This document shows, piece after piece, positions 40,240 to 55,570 of a DNA stretch of 64,000 bases (positions are counted from its first letter, which is position 1; the number at the start of each line of letters is the position of its first letter). The position numbers and the translations under genes are program-made. Location: NCBI GenBank assembly GCA_964016885.1, contig OZ024752.1:33976001-34040000 (forward strand). The letters are read 5' to 3'. Source of the stretch: Eledone cirrhosa. Lineage: Eukaryota. Below the pieces are notes generated by a model. The model was not told the DNA's origin and ran no database searches. It saw only the letters and a program-made list of their open reading frames with translations.

Positions 40240-42022
40240 ATTACTGTATGTCTAATGAAAGACACTGTCTATGTGTTTAACCCTTTCATTACTGTATATC
40301 TAATGAAAGACACTGTCTATGTGTTTAACCCTTTAATTACTGTATGTCTAATGAAAGACACTGTCTATGTGTTTAACCCTTTCATTACTGTATGTCTAAT
40401 GAAAGACACTGTCTATGTCTTTAACCCTTTATTTACTGTATTTGTAATGAAAGACACTGTCTATGTATTTAATCCTTTCATTACTGTATGTCTAATGAAA
40501 GACACTGTCTATGTGTTTAACCCTTTCATTACTGTATGTCTAATGAAAGACACTGTCTATGTCTTTAACCCTTTATTTACTGTATTTGTAATGAAAGACA
40601 CTGTCTATGTATTTAATCCTTTCATTACTGTATGTCTATTGAAAGACACTGTCTATGTTTAATACTTTCATTATTGTATGTCTAATGAAAGACACTGTTT
40701 ATGTGTTTAATCCTTTCATTACTGTATGTCTAATGAAAGACACTGTCTATGTGTTTAACCCTTTCATTACTGTATGTCTAATAAAAGGGACTGTCTATGT
40801 GTTTAACCCTTTCATTACTGTAGGTCTAATGAAAGACACTGTCTATGTGTTTAACCCTTTCATTACTGTATGTCTAATGAAAGACACTGTCTATGTATTT
40901 AATCCTTTCATTACTGTATGTCTAATGAAAGACACTGTCTATGTGTTTAACCCTTTCATTACTGTATGTCTAATGAAAGACACTGTCTATGTATTTAATC
41001 CTTTCATTACTGTATGTCTAATGAAAGACACTGTCTATGTGTTTAACCCTTTCATTACTGTATGTCTAATGAAAGACACTGACTATGTCTTTAACCCTTT
41101 CATTACTGTATGTCTAATGAAAGACACTATCTGTGTTTAACCCTTTCATTACTGTATGTCTAATGAAAGACACTGTCTATGTATTTAATCCTTTCATTAC
41201 TGTATGTCTAATGAAAGACACTGTCTATGTCTTTAACCCTTTCATTACTGTCTGTCTAATGAAAGACACTGTCTGTGTTTAACCCTTTCATTACTGTATG
41301 TCTAATGAAGGACACAGTCTATGTGTTTAATCCTTTCATTACTGTATGTCTAATGAAAGACACTGTCTATGTGTTTAACCCTTTCATTACTGTATGTCTA
41401 TTGAAAGACACTGTCTATGTTGAATCCTTTCATTACTGTATGTCTAATGAAAGACACTGTTTATGTGTTTAATCCTTTCATTACTGTATGTCTAATAAAA
41501 GGGACTGTCTATGTGTTTAACCCTTTCATTACTGTATGTCTAATGAAAGACACTGTCTATGTATTTAATCCTTTCATTACTGTATGTCTAATGAAAGACA
41601 CTGTCTATGTGTTTAACCCTTTCATTACTGTATGTCTAATGAAAGACACTCTCTATGTCTTTAACCCTTTCATTACTGTATGTCTAATGAAAGACACTGT
41701 CTGTGTTTAACCCTTTCATTACTGTATGTCTAATGAAAGACACTGTCTATGTGTTTAACCCTTTCATTACTGTATTTCTAATGAAAGACACTGTCTATGT
41801 GTTTAATCCTTTCATTACTGTATGTCTAAAGAAAGACACTGTCTATGTGTTTAACCCTTTCATTACTGTATATCTAATGAAAGACACTGTCTATGTGTTT
41901 AACCCTTTCATTACTGTATGTCTAATGAAAGACACTGTCTATGTGTTTAACCCTTTCATTACTGTATGTCTAATGAAAGACACTGTCTATGTGTTTTACC
42001 ATTTCATTACTGTATGTCTAAT

Positions 42023-42208
42023 AGGGCGGTGGATTGGCAGTATCGGTAGAGGGTCGGACGCCATGCTTTCCAGCATAGTTACGTCCCTTTACGATCTGAG
42101 TTCAAATCCCGCCGAGGTTGACTTTGCCTTTCATCCTTACGGGGTCGATAAAATAAAGTACCAGTAATGTACTGGGTAATTGCTGGTCTTGTGCCAATAG
42201 TAGAAATA
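42023..42208 (+). mobile_element. SINE-like element copy 5
   Basis: Identical by eye to copy 1, with the same junctions. Confidence 0.88.
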
Positions 42209-44736
42209 ATTACTGTATGTCTAATGAAAGACACTGTCTATGTGTTTAACCCTTTCATTACTGTATATCTAATGAAAGACACTGTCTATGTGTTTAACCC
42301 TTTAATTACTGTATGTCTAATGAAAGACACTGTCTATGTGTTTAACCCTTTCATTACTGTATGTCTAATGAAAGACACTGTCTATGTGTTTTACCATTTC
42401 ATTACTGTATGTCTAATGAAAGACACTGTCTATGTCTTTAACCCTTTATTTACTGTATTTGTAATGAAAGACACTGTCTATGTGTTTAATTCTTTCATTA
42501 CTGTATGTCTATTGAAAGACACTGTCTATGTTTAATACTTTCATTATTGTATGTCTAATGAAAGACACTGTTTATGTGTTTAATCCTTTCATTACTGTAT
42601 GTCTAATGAAAGACACTGTCTATGTGTTTAACCCTTTCATTACTGTATGTCTAATAAAAGGGACTGTCTATGTGTTTAACCCTTTCATTACTGTAGGTCT
42701 AATGAAAGACACTGTCTATGTGTTTAACCCTTTCATTACTGTATGTCTAATGAAAGACACTGTCTATGTATTTAATCCTTTCATTACTGTATGTCTAATG
42801 AAAGACACTGTCTGTGTCTTTAACCCTTTCATTACTGTATGTCTAATGAAAGACACTGTCTGTGTTTAACCCTTCCATTACTGTATGTCTAATGAAAGAC
42901 ACTGTCTGTGTGTTTAACCCTTTCATTACTGTATGTCTAATGAAAGACACAGTCTATGTGTTTAATCCTTTCATTACTGTATGTCTAATGAAAGACACAG
43001 TCTATGTGTTTAACCCTTTTATTACTGTATGTCTAATGAAAGACACAGTCTATGTGTTTAACCCTTTCATTACTGTATGTCTAATGAAAGACACTGTCTA
43101 TGTGTTTAACCCTTTCATTTCTGTATGTCTAATGAAAGACACAGTCTATGTGTTTAACCCTTTCATTACTGTATGTCTAATGAAAGACACAGTCTATGTG
43201 TTTAATCCTTTCATTACTGTATGTCTAATGAAAGACACTGTCTATGTGTTTAACCCTTTCATTACTGTATGTCTAATGAAAGACAGTCTATGTGTTTAAC
43301 CCTTTCATTACTGTATGTCTAATGAAAGACACAGTCTATGTGTTTAATCCTTTCATTACTGTATGTCTAATGAAAGACACTGTCTATGTGTTTAACCCTT
43401 TCATTACTGTATGTCTAATGAAAGCCCCTTCATTACTGTATTTCTAATGAAAGACACTGTCTATGTGTTTAACCCTTTCATTACTGTATGTCTAATGAAA
43501 GACACTGTCTATGTATTTAATCCTTTCATTACTGTATGTCTAATGAAAGACACTGTCTATGTCTTTAACCCTTTCATTACTGTATGTCTATTGAAAGACA
43601 CTGTCTGTGTTTAACCCTTTCATTACTGTATGTCTAATGAAAGACATTGTCTGTGTGTTTAACCCTTTCATTACTGTATGTCTAATGAAAGACACTGTCT
43701 ATGTGTTTAATCCTTTCATTACTGTATGTCTAATGATAGACACGGTTTATGTGTTTAATCCTTTCATTACTGTATGTCTAATGAAAGACACTGTTTATGT
43801 GTTTAATCCTTTCATTACTGTATGTCTAATAAAAGGGACTGTCTATGTGTTTAACCCTTTCATTACTGTATGTCTAATGAAAGACACTGTCTATGTGTTT
43901 AACCCTTTCATTACTGTATGTCTAATGAAAGACACTGTCTATGTATTTAATCCTTTCATTACTGTAAGTCTAATGAAAGACACTGTCTGTGTTTAACCCT
44001 TTCATTACTGTATGTCTAATGAAAGACACAGTCTATGTGTTTAATCCTTTCATTACTGTATGTCTAATGAAAGACACAGTCTATGTGTTTAATCCTTTCA
44101 TTACTGTATGTCTAATGAAAGACACAGTCTGTGTTTAACCCTTTCATTACTGTATGTCTAATGAAAGACACTGTTTATGTGTTTAATCCTTTCATTACTG
44201 TATGTCTAATAAAAGGGACTGTCTATGTGTTTAACCCTTTCATTACTGTATGTCTAATGAAAGACACTGTCTATGTATTTAATCCTTTCATTACTGTATG
44301 TCTAATGAAAGACACTGTCTATGTGTTTAACCCTTTCATTACTGTATGTCTAATGAAAGACACTCTCTATGTCTTTAACCCTTTCATTACTGTATGTCTA
44401 ATGAAAGACACTGTCTGTGTTTAACCCTTTCATTACTGTATGTCTAATGAAAGACACTGTCTATGTGTTTAACCCTTTCATTACTGTATTTCTAATGAAA
44501 GACACTGTCTATGTGTTTAATCCTTTCATTACTGTATGTCTAAAGAAAGACACTGTCTATGTGTTTAACCCTTTCATTACTGTATATCTAATGAAAGACA
44601 CTGTCTATGTGTTTAACCCTTTCATTACTGTATGTCTAATGAAAGACACTGTCTATGTGTTTAACCCTTTCATTACTGTATGTCTAATGAAAGACACTGT
44701 CTATGTGTTTTACCATTTCATTACTGTATGTCTAAT

Positions 44737-44922
44737 AGGGCGGTGGATTGGCAGTATCGGTAGAGGGTCGGACGCCATGCTTTCCAGCATAGTTACGTCC
44801 CTTTACGATCTGAGTTCAAATCCCGCCGAGGTTGACTTTGCCTTTCATCCTTACGGGGTCGATAAAATAAAGTACCAGTAATGTACTGGGTAATTGCTGG
44901 TCTTGTGCCAATAGTAGAAATA
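44737..44922 (+). mobile_element. SINE-like element copy 6
   Basis: Identical by eye to copy 1, with the same junctions. Confidence 0.88.
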
Positions 44923-47900
44923 ATTACTGTATGTCTAATGAAAGACACTGTCTATGTGTTTAACCCTTTCATTACTGTATATCTAATGAAAGACACTGTC
45001 TATGTGTTTAACCCTTTAATTACTGTATGTCTAATGAAAGACACTGTCTATGTGTTTAACCCTTTCATTACTGTATGTCTAATGAAAGACACTGTCTATG
45101 TGTTTTACCATTTCATTACTGTATGTCTAATGAAAGACACTGTCTATGTCTTTAACCCTTTATTTACTGTATTTGTAATGAAAGACACTGTCTATGTGTT
45201 TAATTCTTTCATTACTGTATGTCTATTGAAAGACACTGTCTATGTTTAATACTTTCATTATTGTATGTCTAATGAAAGACACTGTTTATGTGTTTAATCC
45301 TTTCATTACTGTATGTCTAATGAAAGACACTGTCTATGTGTTTAACCCTTTCATTACTGTATGTCTAATAAAAGGGACTGTCTATGTGTTTAACCCTTTC
45401 ATTACTGTAGGTCTAATGAAAGACACTGTCTATGTGTTTAACCCTTTCATTACTGTATGTCTAATGAAAGACACTGTCTATGTATTTAATCCTTTCATTA
45501 CTGTATGTCTAATGAAAGACACTGTCTGTGTCTTTAACCCTTTCATTACTGTATGTCTAATGAAAGACACTGTCTGTGTTTAACCCTTCCATTACTGTAT
45601 GTCTAATGAAAGACACTGTCTGTGTGTTTAACCCTTTCATTACTGTATGTCTAATGAAAGACACAGTCTATGTGTTTAATCCTTTCATTACTGTATGTCT
45701 AATGAAAGACACAGTCTATGTGTTTAACCCTTTTATTACTGTATGTCTAATGAAAGACACAGTCTATGTGTTTAACCCTTTCATTACTGTATGTCTAATG
45801 AAAGACACTGTCTATGTGTTTAACCCTTTCATTACTGTATGTCTAATGAAAGACACAGTCTATGTGTTTAACCCTTTCATTACTGTATGTCTAATGAAAG
45901 ACACAGTCTATGTGTTTAATCCTTTCATTACTGTATGTCTAATGAAAGACACTGTCTATGTGTTTAACCCTTTCATTACTGTATGTCTAATGAAAGACAG
46001 TCTATGTGTTTAACCCTTTCATTACTGTATGTCTAATGAAAGACACAGTCGATGTGTTTAATCCTTTCATTACTGTATGTCTAATGAAAGACACTGTCTA
46101 TGTGTTTAACCCTTTCATTACTGTATGTCTAATGAAAGCCCCTTCATTACTGTATTTCTAATGAAAGACACTGTCTATGTGTTTAACCCTTTCATTACTG
46201 TATGTCTAATGAAAGACACTGTCTATGTATTTAATCCTTTCATTACTGTATGTCTAATGAAAGACACTGTCTATGTCTTTAACCCTTTCATTACTGTATG
46301 TCTATTGAAAGACACTGTCTGTGTTTAACCCTTTCATTACTGTATGTCTAATGAAAGACATTGTCTGTGTGTTTAACCCTTTCATTACTGTATGTCTAAT
46401 GAAAGACACTGTCTATGTGTTTAATCCTTTCATTACTGTATGTCTAATGATAGACACTGTTTATGTGTTTAATCCTTTCATTACTGTATGTCTAATGAAA
46501 GACACTGTTTATGTGTTTAATCCTTTCATTACTGTATGTCTAATAAAAGGGACTGTCTATGTGTTTAACCCTTTCATTACTGTATGTCTAATGAAAGACA
46601 CTGTCTATGTGTTTAACCCTTTCATTACTGTATGTCTAATGAAAGACACTGTCTATGTATTTAATCCTTTCATTACTGTAAGTCTAATGAAAGACACTGT
46701 CTGTGTTTAACCCTTTCATTACTGTATGTCTAATGAAAGACACAGTCTATGTGTTTAATCCTTTCATTACTGTATGTCTAATGAAAGACACAGTCTATGT
46801 GTTTAATCCTTTCATTACTGTATGTCTAATGAAAGACACAGTCTGTGTTTAACCCTTTCATTACTGTATGTCTAATGAAAGACACTGTCTGTGTTTTTAA
46901 CCCTTTCATTACTGTATGTCTAATGAAAGACACAGTCTATGTGTTTAATCCTTTCATTACTGTATGTCTAATAAAAGACACAGTCTATGTGTTTAACCGT
47001 TTCATTACTGTATGTCTAATGAAAGACACAGTCTATGTGTTTAACCCTTTCATTACTGTATGTCTTATGAAAGACACTGTCTATGTATTTAATCCTTTCA
47101 TTACTGTATGTCTAATGAAAGACACTGTCTATGTGTTTAACCCTTTCATTACTGTATGTCTAATGAAAGACACTGACTATGTCTTTAACCCTTTCATTAC
47201 TGTATGTCTAATGAAAGACACTATCTGTGTTTAACCCTTTCATTACTGTATGTCTAATGAAAGACACTGTCTATGTATTTAATCCTTTCATTACTGTATG
47301 TCTAATGAAAGACACTGTCTATGTCTTTAACCCTTTCATTACTGTATGTCTAATGAAAGACACTGTCTGTGTTTAACCCTTTCATTACTGTATGTCTAAT
47401 GAAGGACACAGTCTATGTGTTTAATCCTTTCATTACTGTATGTCTAATGAAAGACACTGTCTATGTGTTTAACCCTTTCATTACTGTATGTCTATTGAAA
47501 GACACTGTCTATGTTGAATCCTTTCATTACTGTATGTCTAATGAAAGACACTGTTTATGTGTTTAATCCTTTCATTACTGTATGTCTAATAAAAGGGACT
47601 GTCTATGTGTTTAACCCTTTCATTACTGTATGTCTAATGAAAGACACTGTCTATGTATTTAATCCTTTCATTACTGTATGTCTAATGAAAGACACTGTCT
47701 ATGTGTTTAACCCTTTCATTACTGTATGTCTAATGAAAGACACTCTCTATGTCTTTAACCCTTTCATTACTGTATGTCTAATGAAAGACACTGTCTGTGT
47801 TTAACCCTTTCATTACTGTATGTCTAATGAAAGACACTGTCTATGTGTTTAACCCTTTCATTACTGTATTTCTAATGAAAGACACTGTCTATGTGTTTAA

Positions 47901-48116
47901 TCCTTTCATTACTGTATGTCTAAAGAAAGACACTGTCTATGTGTTTAACCCTTTCATTACTGTATATCTAATGAAAGACACTGTCTATGTGTTTAACCCT
48001 TTCATTACTGTATGTCTAATGAAAGACACTGTCTATGTGTTTAACCCTTTCATTACTGTATGTCTAATGAAAGACACTGTCTATGTGTTTTACCATTTCA
48101 TTACTGTATGTCTAAT

Positions 48117-48302
48117 AGGGCGGTGGATTGGCAGTATCGGTAGAGGGTCGGACGCCATGCTTTCCAGCATAGTTACGTCCCTTTACGATCTGAGTTCAAA
48201 TCCCGCCGAGGTTGACTTTGCCTTTCATCCTTACGGGGTCGATAAAATAAAGTACCAGTAATGTACTGGGTAATTGCTGGTCTTGTGCCAATAGTAGAAA
48301 TA
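48117..48302 (+). mobile_element. SINE-like element copy 7
   Basis: Identical by eye to copy 1, with the same junctions. Confidence 0.88.
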
Positions 48303-48749
48303 ATTACTGTATGTCTAATGAAAGACACTGTCTATGTGTTTAACCCTTTCATTACTGTATATCTAATGAAAGACACTGTCTATGTGTTTAACCCTTTAAT
48401 TACTGTATGTCTAATGAAAGACACTGTCTATGTGTTTAACCCTTTCATTACTGTATGTCTAATGAAAGACACTGTCTATGTGTTTTACCATTTCATTACT
48501 GTATGTCTAATGAAAGACACTGTCTATGTCTTTAACCCTTTATTTACTGTATTTGTAATGAAAGACACTGTCTATGTGTTTAATTCTTTCATTACTGTAT
48601 GTCTATTGAAAGACACTGTCTATGTTTAATACTTTCATTATTGTATGTCTAATGAAAGACACTGTTTATGTGTTTAATCCTTTCATTACTGTATGTCTAA
48701 TGAAAGACACTGTCTATGTGTTTAACCCTTTCATTACTGTATGTCTAAT

Positions 48750-51700
48750 AAAAGACACTGTCTATGTGTTTAACCCTTTCATTACTGTAGGTCTAATGAA
48801 AGACACTGTCTATGTGTTTAACCCTTTCATTACTGTATGTCTAATGAAAGACACTGTCTATGTATTTAATCCTTTCATTACTGTATGTCTAATGAAAGAC
48901 ACTGTCTATGTATTTAATCCTTTCATTACTGTATGTCTAATGAAAGACACTGTCTATGTGTTTAACCCTTTCATTACTGTATGTCTAATGAAAGACACTG
49001 ACTATGTCTTTAACCCTTTCATTACTGTATGTCTAATGAAAGACACTATCTGTGTTTAACCCTTTCATTACTGTATGTCTAATGAAAGACACTGTCTATG
49101 TATTTAATCCTTTCATTACTGTATGTCTAATGAAAGACACTGTCTATGTCTTTAACCCTTTCATTACTGTATGTCTAATGAAAGACACTGTCTGTGTTTA
49201 ACCCTTTCATTACTGTATGTCTAATGAAAGACACTGTCTATGTGTTTTACCATTTCATTACTGTATGTCTAATGAAAGACACTGTCTATGTGTTTAACCC
49301 TTTCATTACTGTATGTCTAATGAAAGAAACTGTCTATGTCTTTAACCCTTTCATTACTGTATGTCTAATGAAAGACACTGTCTATGTCTTTAACCCTTTC
49401 ATTACTGTATGTCTAATGAAAGACACTGTCTATGTCTTTAACCCTTTATTTACTGTATTTGTAATGAAAGACACTGTCTATGTGTTTAATCCTTTCATTA
49501 CTGTATGTCTAATGAAAGACACTGTCTATGTGTTTAACCCTTTCATTACTGTATGTCTAATGAAAGAAACTGTCTATGTCTTTAACCCTTTCATTACTGT
49601 ATGTCTAATGAAAGACACTGTCTATGTCTTTAACCCTTTCATTACTGTATGTCTATTGAAAGACACATTCTATGTCTTTAACCCTTTATTTACTGTATTT
49701 GTAATGAAAGACACTGTCTATGTGTTTAATTCTTTCATTACTGTATGTCTATTGAAAGACACTGTCTATGTTTAATACTTTCATTACTGTATGTCTATTG
49801 AAAGACACTGTTTATGTGTTTAATCCTTTCATTACTGTATGTCTAATGAAAGACACTGTTTATGTGTTTATTCCTTTCATTACTGTATGTCTAATAAAAG
49901 GGACTGTCTATGTGTTTAACTCTTTCATTACTGTAGGTCTAATGAAAGACACTGTCTATGTGTTTAACCCTTTCATTACTGTATGTCTAATGAAAGACAC
50001 TGTCTATGTATTTAATCCTTTCATTACTGTATGTCTAATGAAAGACACTGTCTATGTGTTTAGCCTTTTCATTACTGTATGTCTAATGAAAGACACTGTC
50101 TATGTATTTAATCCTTTCATTACTGTAAGTCTAATGAAAGACACTGTCTGTGTTTAACCCTTTCATTACTGTATGTCTAATGAAAGACACAGTCTATGTG
50201 TTTAATCCTTTCATTACTGTATGTCTAATGAAAGACACAGTCTATGTGTTTAATCCTTTCATTACTGTATGTCTAATGAAAGACACAGTCTGTGTTTAAC
50301 CCTTTCATTACTGTATGTCTAATGAAAGACACTGTGTGTTTAACCCTTTCATTACTGTATGTCGAATGAAAGACACAGTCTATGTGTTTAATCCTTTCAT
50401 TACTGTATGTCTAATGAAAGACACTGTCTATGTGTTTAACCCTTTCATTACTGTATGTCTAATGAAAGACACAGTCACATGTGTTTAACCCTTTCATTAC
50501 TGTATGTCTAATGAAAGACACAGTCTATGTGTTTAACCCTTTCATTACTGTATGTCTAATGAAAGACACAGTCTATGTGTTTAATCCTTTCATTACTGTA
50601 CGTCTAATGAAAGACACTGTCTATGTGTTTAACCCTTTCATTACTGTATGTCTAATGAAAGCCCTTTCATTACTGTATTTCTAATGAAAGACACTGTCTA
50701 TGTGTTTGCTCCTTTCATTACAGTATGTTTAATGAAAGACACTGTCTATGTGTTTAATCCTTTCATTGCTGTATGTCTAATGAAAGACACTGTCTATGTG
50801 TTTAACCCTTTCATTACTGTATGTCTATTGAAAGACACTGTCTATGTTGAATCCTTTCATTACTGTATGTCTAATGAAAGACACTGTTTATGTGTTTAAT
50901 CCTTTCATTACTGTATGTCTAATAAAAGGGACTGTCTATGTGTTTAACCCTTTCATTACTGTATGTCTAATGAAAGACACTGTCTATGTGTTTAACCCTT
51001 TCATTACTGTATGTCTAATGAAAGACACTGTCTATGTATTTAATCCTTTCATTACTGTATGTCTAATGAAAGACACTGTCTATGTGTTTAACCCTTTCAT
51101 TACTGTATGTCTAATGAAAGACACTGACTATGTCTTTAACCCTTTCATTACTGTATGTCTAATGAAAGACACTATCTGTGTTTAACCCTTTCATTACTGT
51201 ATGTCTAATGAAAGACACTGTCTATGTATTTAATCCTTTCATTACTGTATGTCTAATGAAAGACACTGTCTATGTCTTTAACCCTTTCATTACTGTATGT
51301 CTAATGAAAGACACTGTCTGTGTTTAACCCTTTCATTACTGTATGTCTAATGAAGGACACAGTCTATGTGTTTAATCCTTTCATTACTGTATGTCTAATG
51401 AAAGACACTGTCTATGTGTTTAACCCTTTCATTACTGTATGTCTATTGAAAGACACTGTCTATGTTGAATCCTTTCATTACTGTATGTCTAATGAAAGAC
51501 ACTGTTTATGTGTTTAATCCTTTCATTACTGTATGTCTAATAAAAGGGACTGTCTATGTGTTTAACCCTTTCATTACTGTATGTCTAATGAAAGACACTG
51601 TCTGTGTGTTTAACCCTTTCATTACTGTATGTCTAATGAAAGACACAGTCTATGTATTTAATCCTTTCATTACTGTATGTCTAATGAAAGACACTGTCTA

Positions 51701-54700
51701 TGTCTTTAATCCTTTCATTACTGTATGTCTAGTAAAAGGGACTGTCTATGTGTTTAACTCTTTCATTACTGTAGGTCTAATGAAAGACACTGTCTATGTG
51801 TTTAACCCTTTCATTACTGTATGTCTAATGAAAGACACTGTCTATGTATTTAATCCTTTCATTACTGTATGTCTAATGAAAGACACTGTCTGTGTTTAAC
51901 CCTTTCATTACTGTATGTCTAATGAAAGACACAGTGTATGTGTTTAATCCTTTCATTACTGTATGTCTAATGAAAGACACAGTCTATGTGTTTAATCCTT
52001 TCATTACTGTATGTCTAATGAAAGACACAGTCTGTGTTTAACCCTTTCATTACTGTATGTCTAATGAAAGACACTGTCTGTGTGTTTAACCCTTTCATTA
52101 CTGTATGTCGAATGAAAGACACAGTCTATGTGTTTAATCCTTTCATTACTGTATGTCTAATAAAAGACACTGTCTATGTGTTTAACCCTTTCATTACTGT
52201 AGGTCTAATGAAAGACACTGTCTATGTGTTTAACCCTTTCATTACTGTATGTCTAATGAAAGACACTGTCTATGTATTTAATCCTTTCATTACTGTATGT
52301 CTAATGAAAGACACTGTCTATGTATTTAATCCTTTCATTACTGTATGTCTAATGAAAGACACTGTCTATGTGTTTAACCCTTTCATTACTGTATGTCTAA
52401 TGAAAGACACTGACTATGTCTTTAACCCTTTCATTACTGTATGTCTAATGAAAGACACTATCTGTGTTTAACCCTTTCATTACTGTATGTCTAATGAAAG
52501 ACACTGTCTATGTATTTAATCCTTTCATTACTGTATGTCTAATGAAAGACACTGTCTATGTCTTTAACCCTTTCATTACTGTATGTCTAATGAAAGACAC
52601 TGTCTGTGTTTAACCCTTTCATTACTGTATGTCTAATGAAAGACACTGTCTATGTGTTTTACCATTTCATTACTGTATGTCTAATGAAAGACACTGTCTA
52701 TGTGTTTAACCCTTTCATTACTGTATGTCTAATGAAAGAAACTGTCTATGTCTTTAACCCTTTCATTACTGTATGTCTAATGAAAGACACTGTCTATGTC
52801 TTTAACCCTTTCATTACTGTATGTCTAATGAAAGACACTGTCTATGTCTTTAACCCTTTATTTACTGTATTTGTAATGAAAGACACTGTCTATGTGTTTA
52901 ATCCTTTCATTACTGTATGTCTAATGAAAGACACTGTCTATGTGTTTAACCCTTTCATTACTGTATGTCTAATGAAAGAAACTGTCTATGTCTTTAACCC
53001 TTTCATTACTGTATGTCTAATGAAAGACACTGTCTATGTCTTTAACCCTTTCATTACTGTATGTCTATTGAAAGACACATTCTATGTCTTTAACCCTTTA
53101 TTTACTGTATTTGTAATGAAAGACACTGTCTATGTGTTTAATTCTTTCATTACTGTATGTCTATTGAAAGACACTGTCTATGTTTAATACTTTCATTACT
53201 GTATGTCTATTGAAAGACACTGTTTATGTGTTTAATCCTTTCATTACTGTATGTCTAATGAAAGACACTGTTTATGTGTTTATTCCTTTCATTACTGTAT
53301 GTCTAATAAAAGGGACTGTCTATGTGTTTAACTCTTTCATTACTGTAGGTCTAATGAAAGACACTGTCTATGTGTTTAACCCTTTCATTACTGTATGTCT
53401 AATGAAAGACACTGTCTATGTATTTAATCCTTTCATTACTGTATGTCTAATGAAAGACACTGTCTATGTGTTTAGCCTTTTCATTACTGTATGTCTAATG
53501 AAAGACACTGTCTATGTATTTAATCCTTTCATTACTGTAAGTCTAATGAAAGACACTGTCTGTGTTTAACCCTTTCATTACTGTATGTCTAATGAAAGAC
53601 ACAGTCTATGTGTTTAATCCTTTCATTACTGTATGTCTAATGAAAGACACAGTCTATGTGTTTAATCCTTTCATTACTGTATGTCTAATGAAAGACACAG
53701 TCTGTGTTTAACCCTTTCATTACTGTATGTCTAATGAAAGACACTGTGTGTTTAACCCTTTCATTACTGTATGTCGAATGAAAGACACAGTCTATGTGTT
53801 TAATCCTTTCATTACTGTATGTCTAATGAAAGACACTGTCTATGTGTTTAACCCTTTCATTACTGTATGTCTAATGAAAGACACAGTCACATGTGTTTAA
53901 CCCTTTCATTACTGTATGTCTAATGAAAGACACAGTCTATGTGTTTAACCCTTTCATTACTGTATGTCTAATGAAAGACACAGTCTATGTGTTTAATCCT
54001 TTCATTACTGTACGTCTAATGAAAGACACTGTCTATGTGTTTAACCCTTTCATTACTGTATGTCTAATGAAAGCCCTTTCATTACTGTATTTCTAATGAA
54101 AGACACTGTCTATGTGTTTACTCCTTTCATTACAGTATGTTTAATGAAAGACACTGTCTATGTGTTTAATCCTTTCATTGCTGTATGTCTAATGAAAGAC
54201 ACTGTCTATGTGTTTAACCCTTTCATTACTGTATGTCTATTGAAAGACACTGTCTATGTTGAATCCTTTCATTACTGTATGTCTAATGAAAGACACTGTT
54301 TATGTGTTTAATCCTTTCATTACTGTATGTCTAATAAAAGGGACTGTCTATGTGTTTAACCCTTTCATTACTGTATGTCTAATGAAAGACACTGTCTATG
54401 TGTTTAACCCTTTCATTACTGTATGTCTAATGAAAGACACTGTCTATGTATTTAATCCTTTCATTACTGTATGTCTAATGAAAGACACTGTCTATGTGTT
54501 TAACCCTTTCATTACTGTATGTCTAATGAAAGACACTGACTATGTCTTTAACCCTTTCATTACTGTATGTCTAATGAAAGACACTATCTGTGTTTAACCC
54601 TTTCATTACTGTATGTCTAATGAAAGACACTGTCTATGTATTTAATCCTTTCATTACTGTATGTCTAATGAAAGACACTGTCTATGTCTTTAACCCTTTC

Positions 54701-55570
54701 ATTACTGTATGTCTAATGAAAGACACTGTCTGTGTTTAACCCTTTCATTACTGTATGTCTAATGAAGGACACAGTCTATGTGTTTAATCCTTTCATTACT
54801 GTATGTCTAATGAAAGACACTGTCTATGTGTTTAACCCTTTCATTACTGTATGTCTATTGAAAGACACTGTCTATGTTGAATCCTTTCATTACTGTATGT
54901 CTAATGAAAGACACTGTTTATGTGTTTAATCCTTTCATTACTGTATGTCTAATAAAAGGGACTGTCTATGTGTTTAACCCTTTCATTACTGTATGTCTAA
55001 TGAAAGACACTGTCTGTGTGTTTAACCCTTTCATTACTGTATGTCTAATGAAAGACACAGTCTATGTATTTAATCCTTTCATTACTGTATGTCTAATGAA
55101 AGACACTGTCTATGTCTTTAATCCTTTCATTACTGTATGTCTAGTAAAAGGGACTGTCTATGTGTTTAACTCTTTCATTACTGTAGGTCTAATGAAAGAC
55201 ACTGTCTATGTGTTTAACCCTTTCATTACTGTATGTCTAATGAAAGACACTGTCTATGTATTTAATCCTTTCATTACTGTATGTCTAATGAAAGACACTG
55301 TCTGTGTTTAACCCTTTCATTACTGTATGTCTAATGAAAGACACAGTCTATGTGTTTAATCCTTTCATTACTGTATGTCTAATGAAAGACACAGTCTATG
55401 TGTTTAATCCTTTCATTACTGTATGTCTAATGAAAGACACAGTCTGTGTTTAACCCTTTCATTACTGTATGTCTAATGAAAGACACTGTCTGTGTGTTTA
55501 ACCCTTTCATTACTGTATGTCGAATGAAAGACACAGTCTATGTGTTTAATCCTTTCATTACTGTATGTCT
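48750..55570. repeat. Higher-order tandem duplication, period 3,412 bp, SINE-free
   Basis: Matching patterns at 49194/52606, 49768/53180, 50481/53893, 51462/54874 and 52034/55446. Private variants GACACATTC, TAGCCTTTT and GTACGTCT each occur twice. Confidence 0.85.

Larger units (their letters stand above)
34003..46850. repeat. SINE-bearing higher-order region with nested periods of 2,714, 1,969 and 6,652 bp
   Basis: SINE spacings are 2714, 1969, 1969 and 2714. Pattern pairs 34003/40655, 35051/41703, 36210/42862 and 37765/44417 are all offset by 6,652. Boundaries are approximate. Confidence 0.8.
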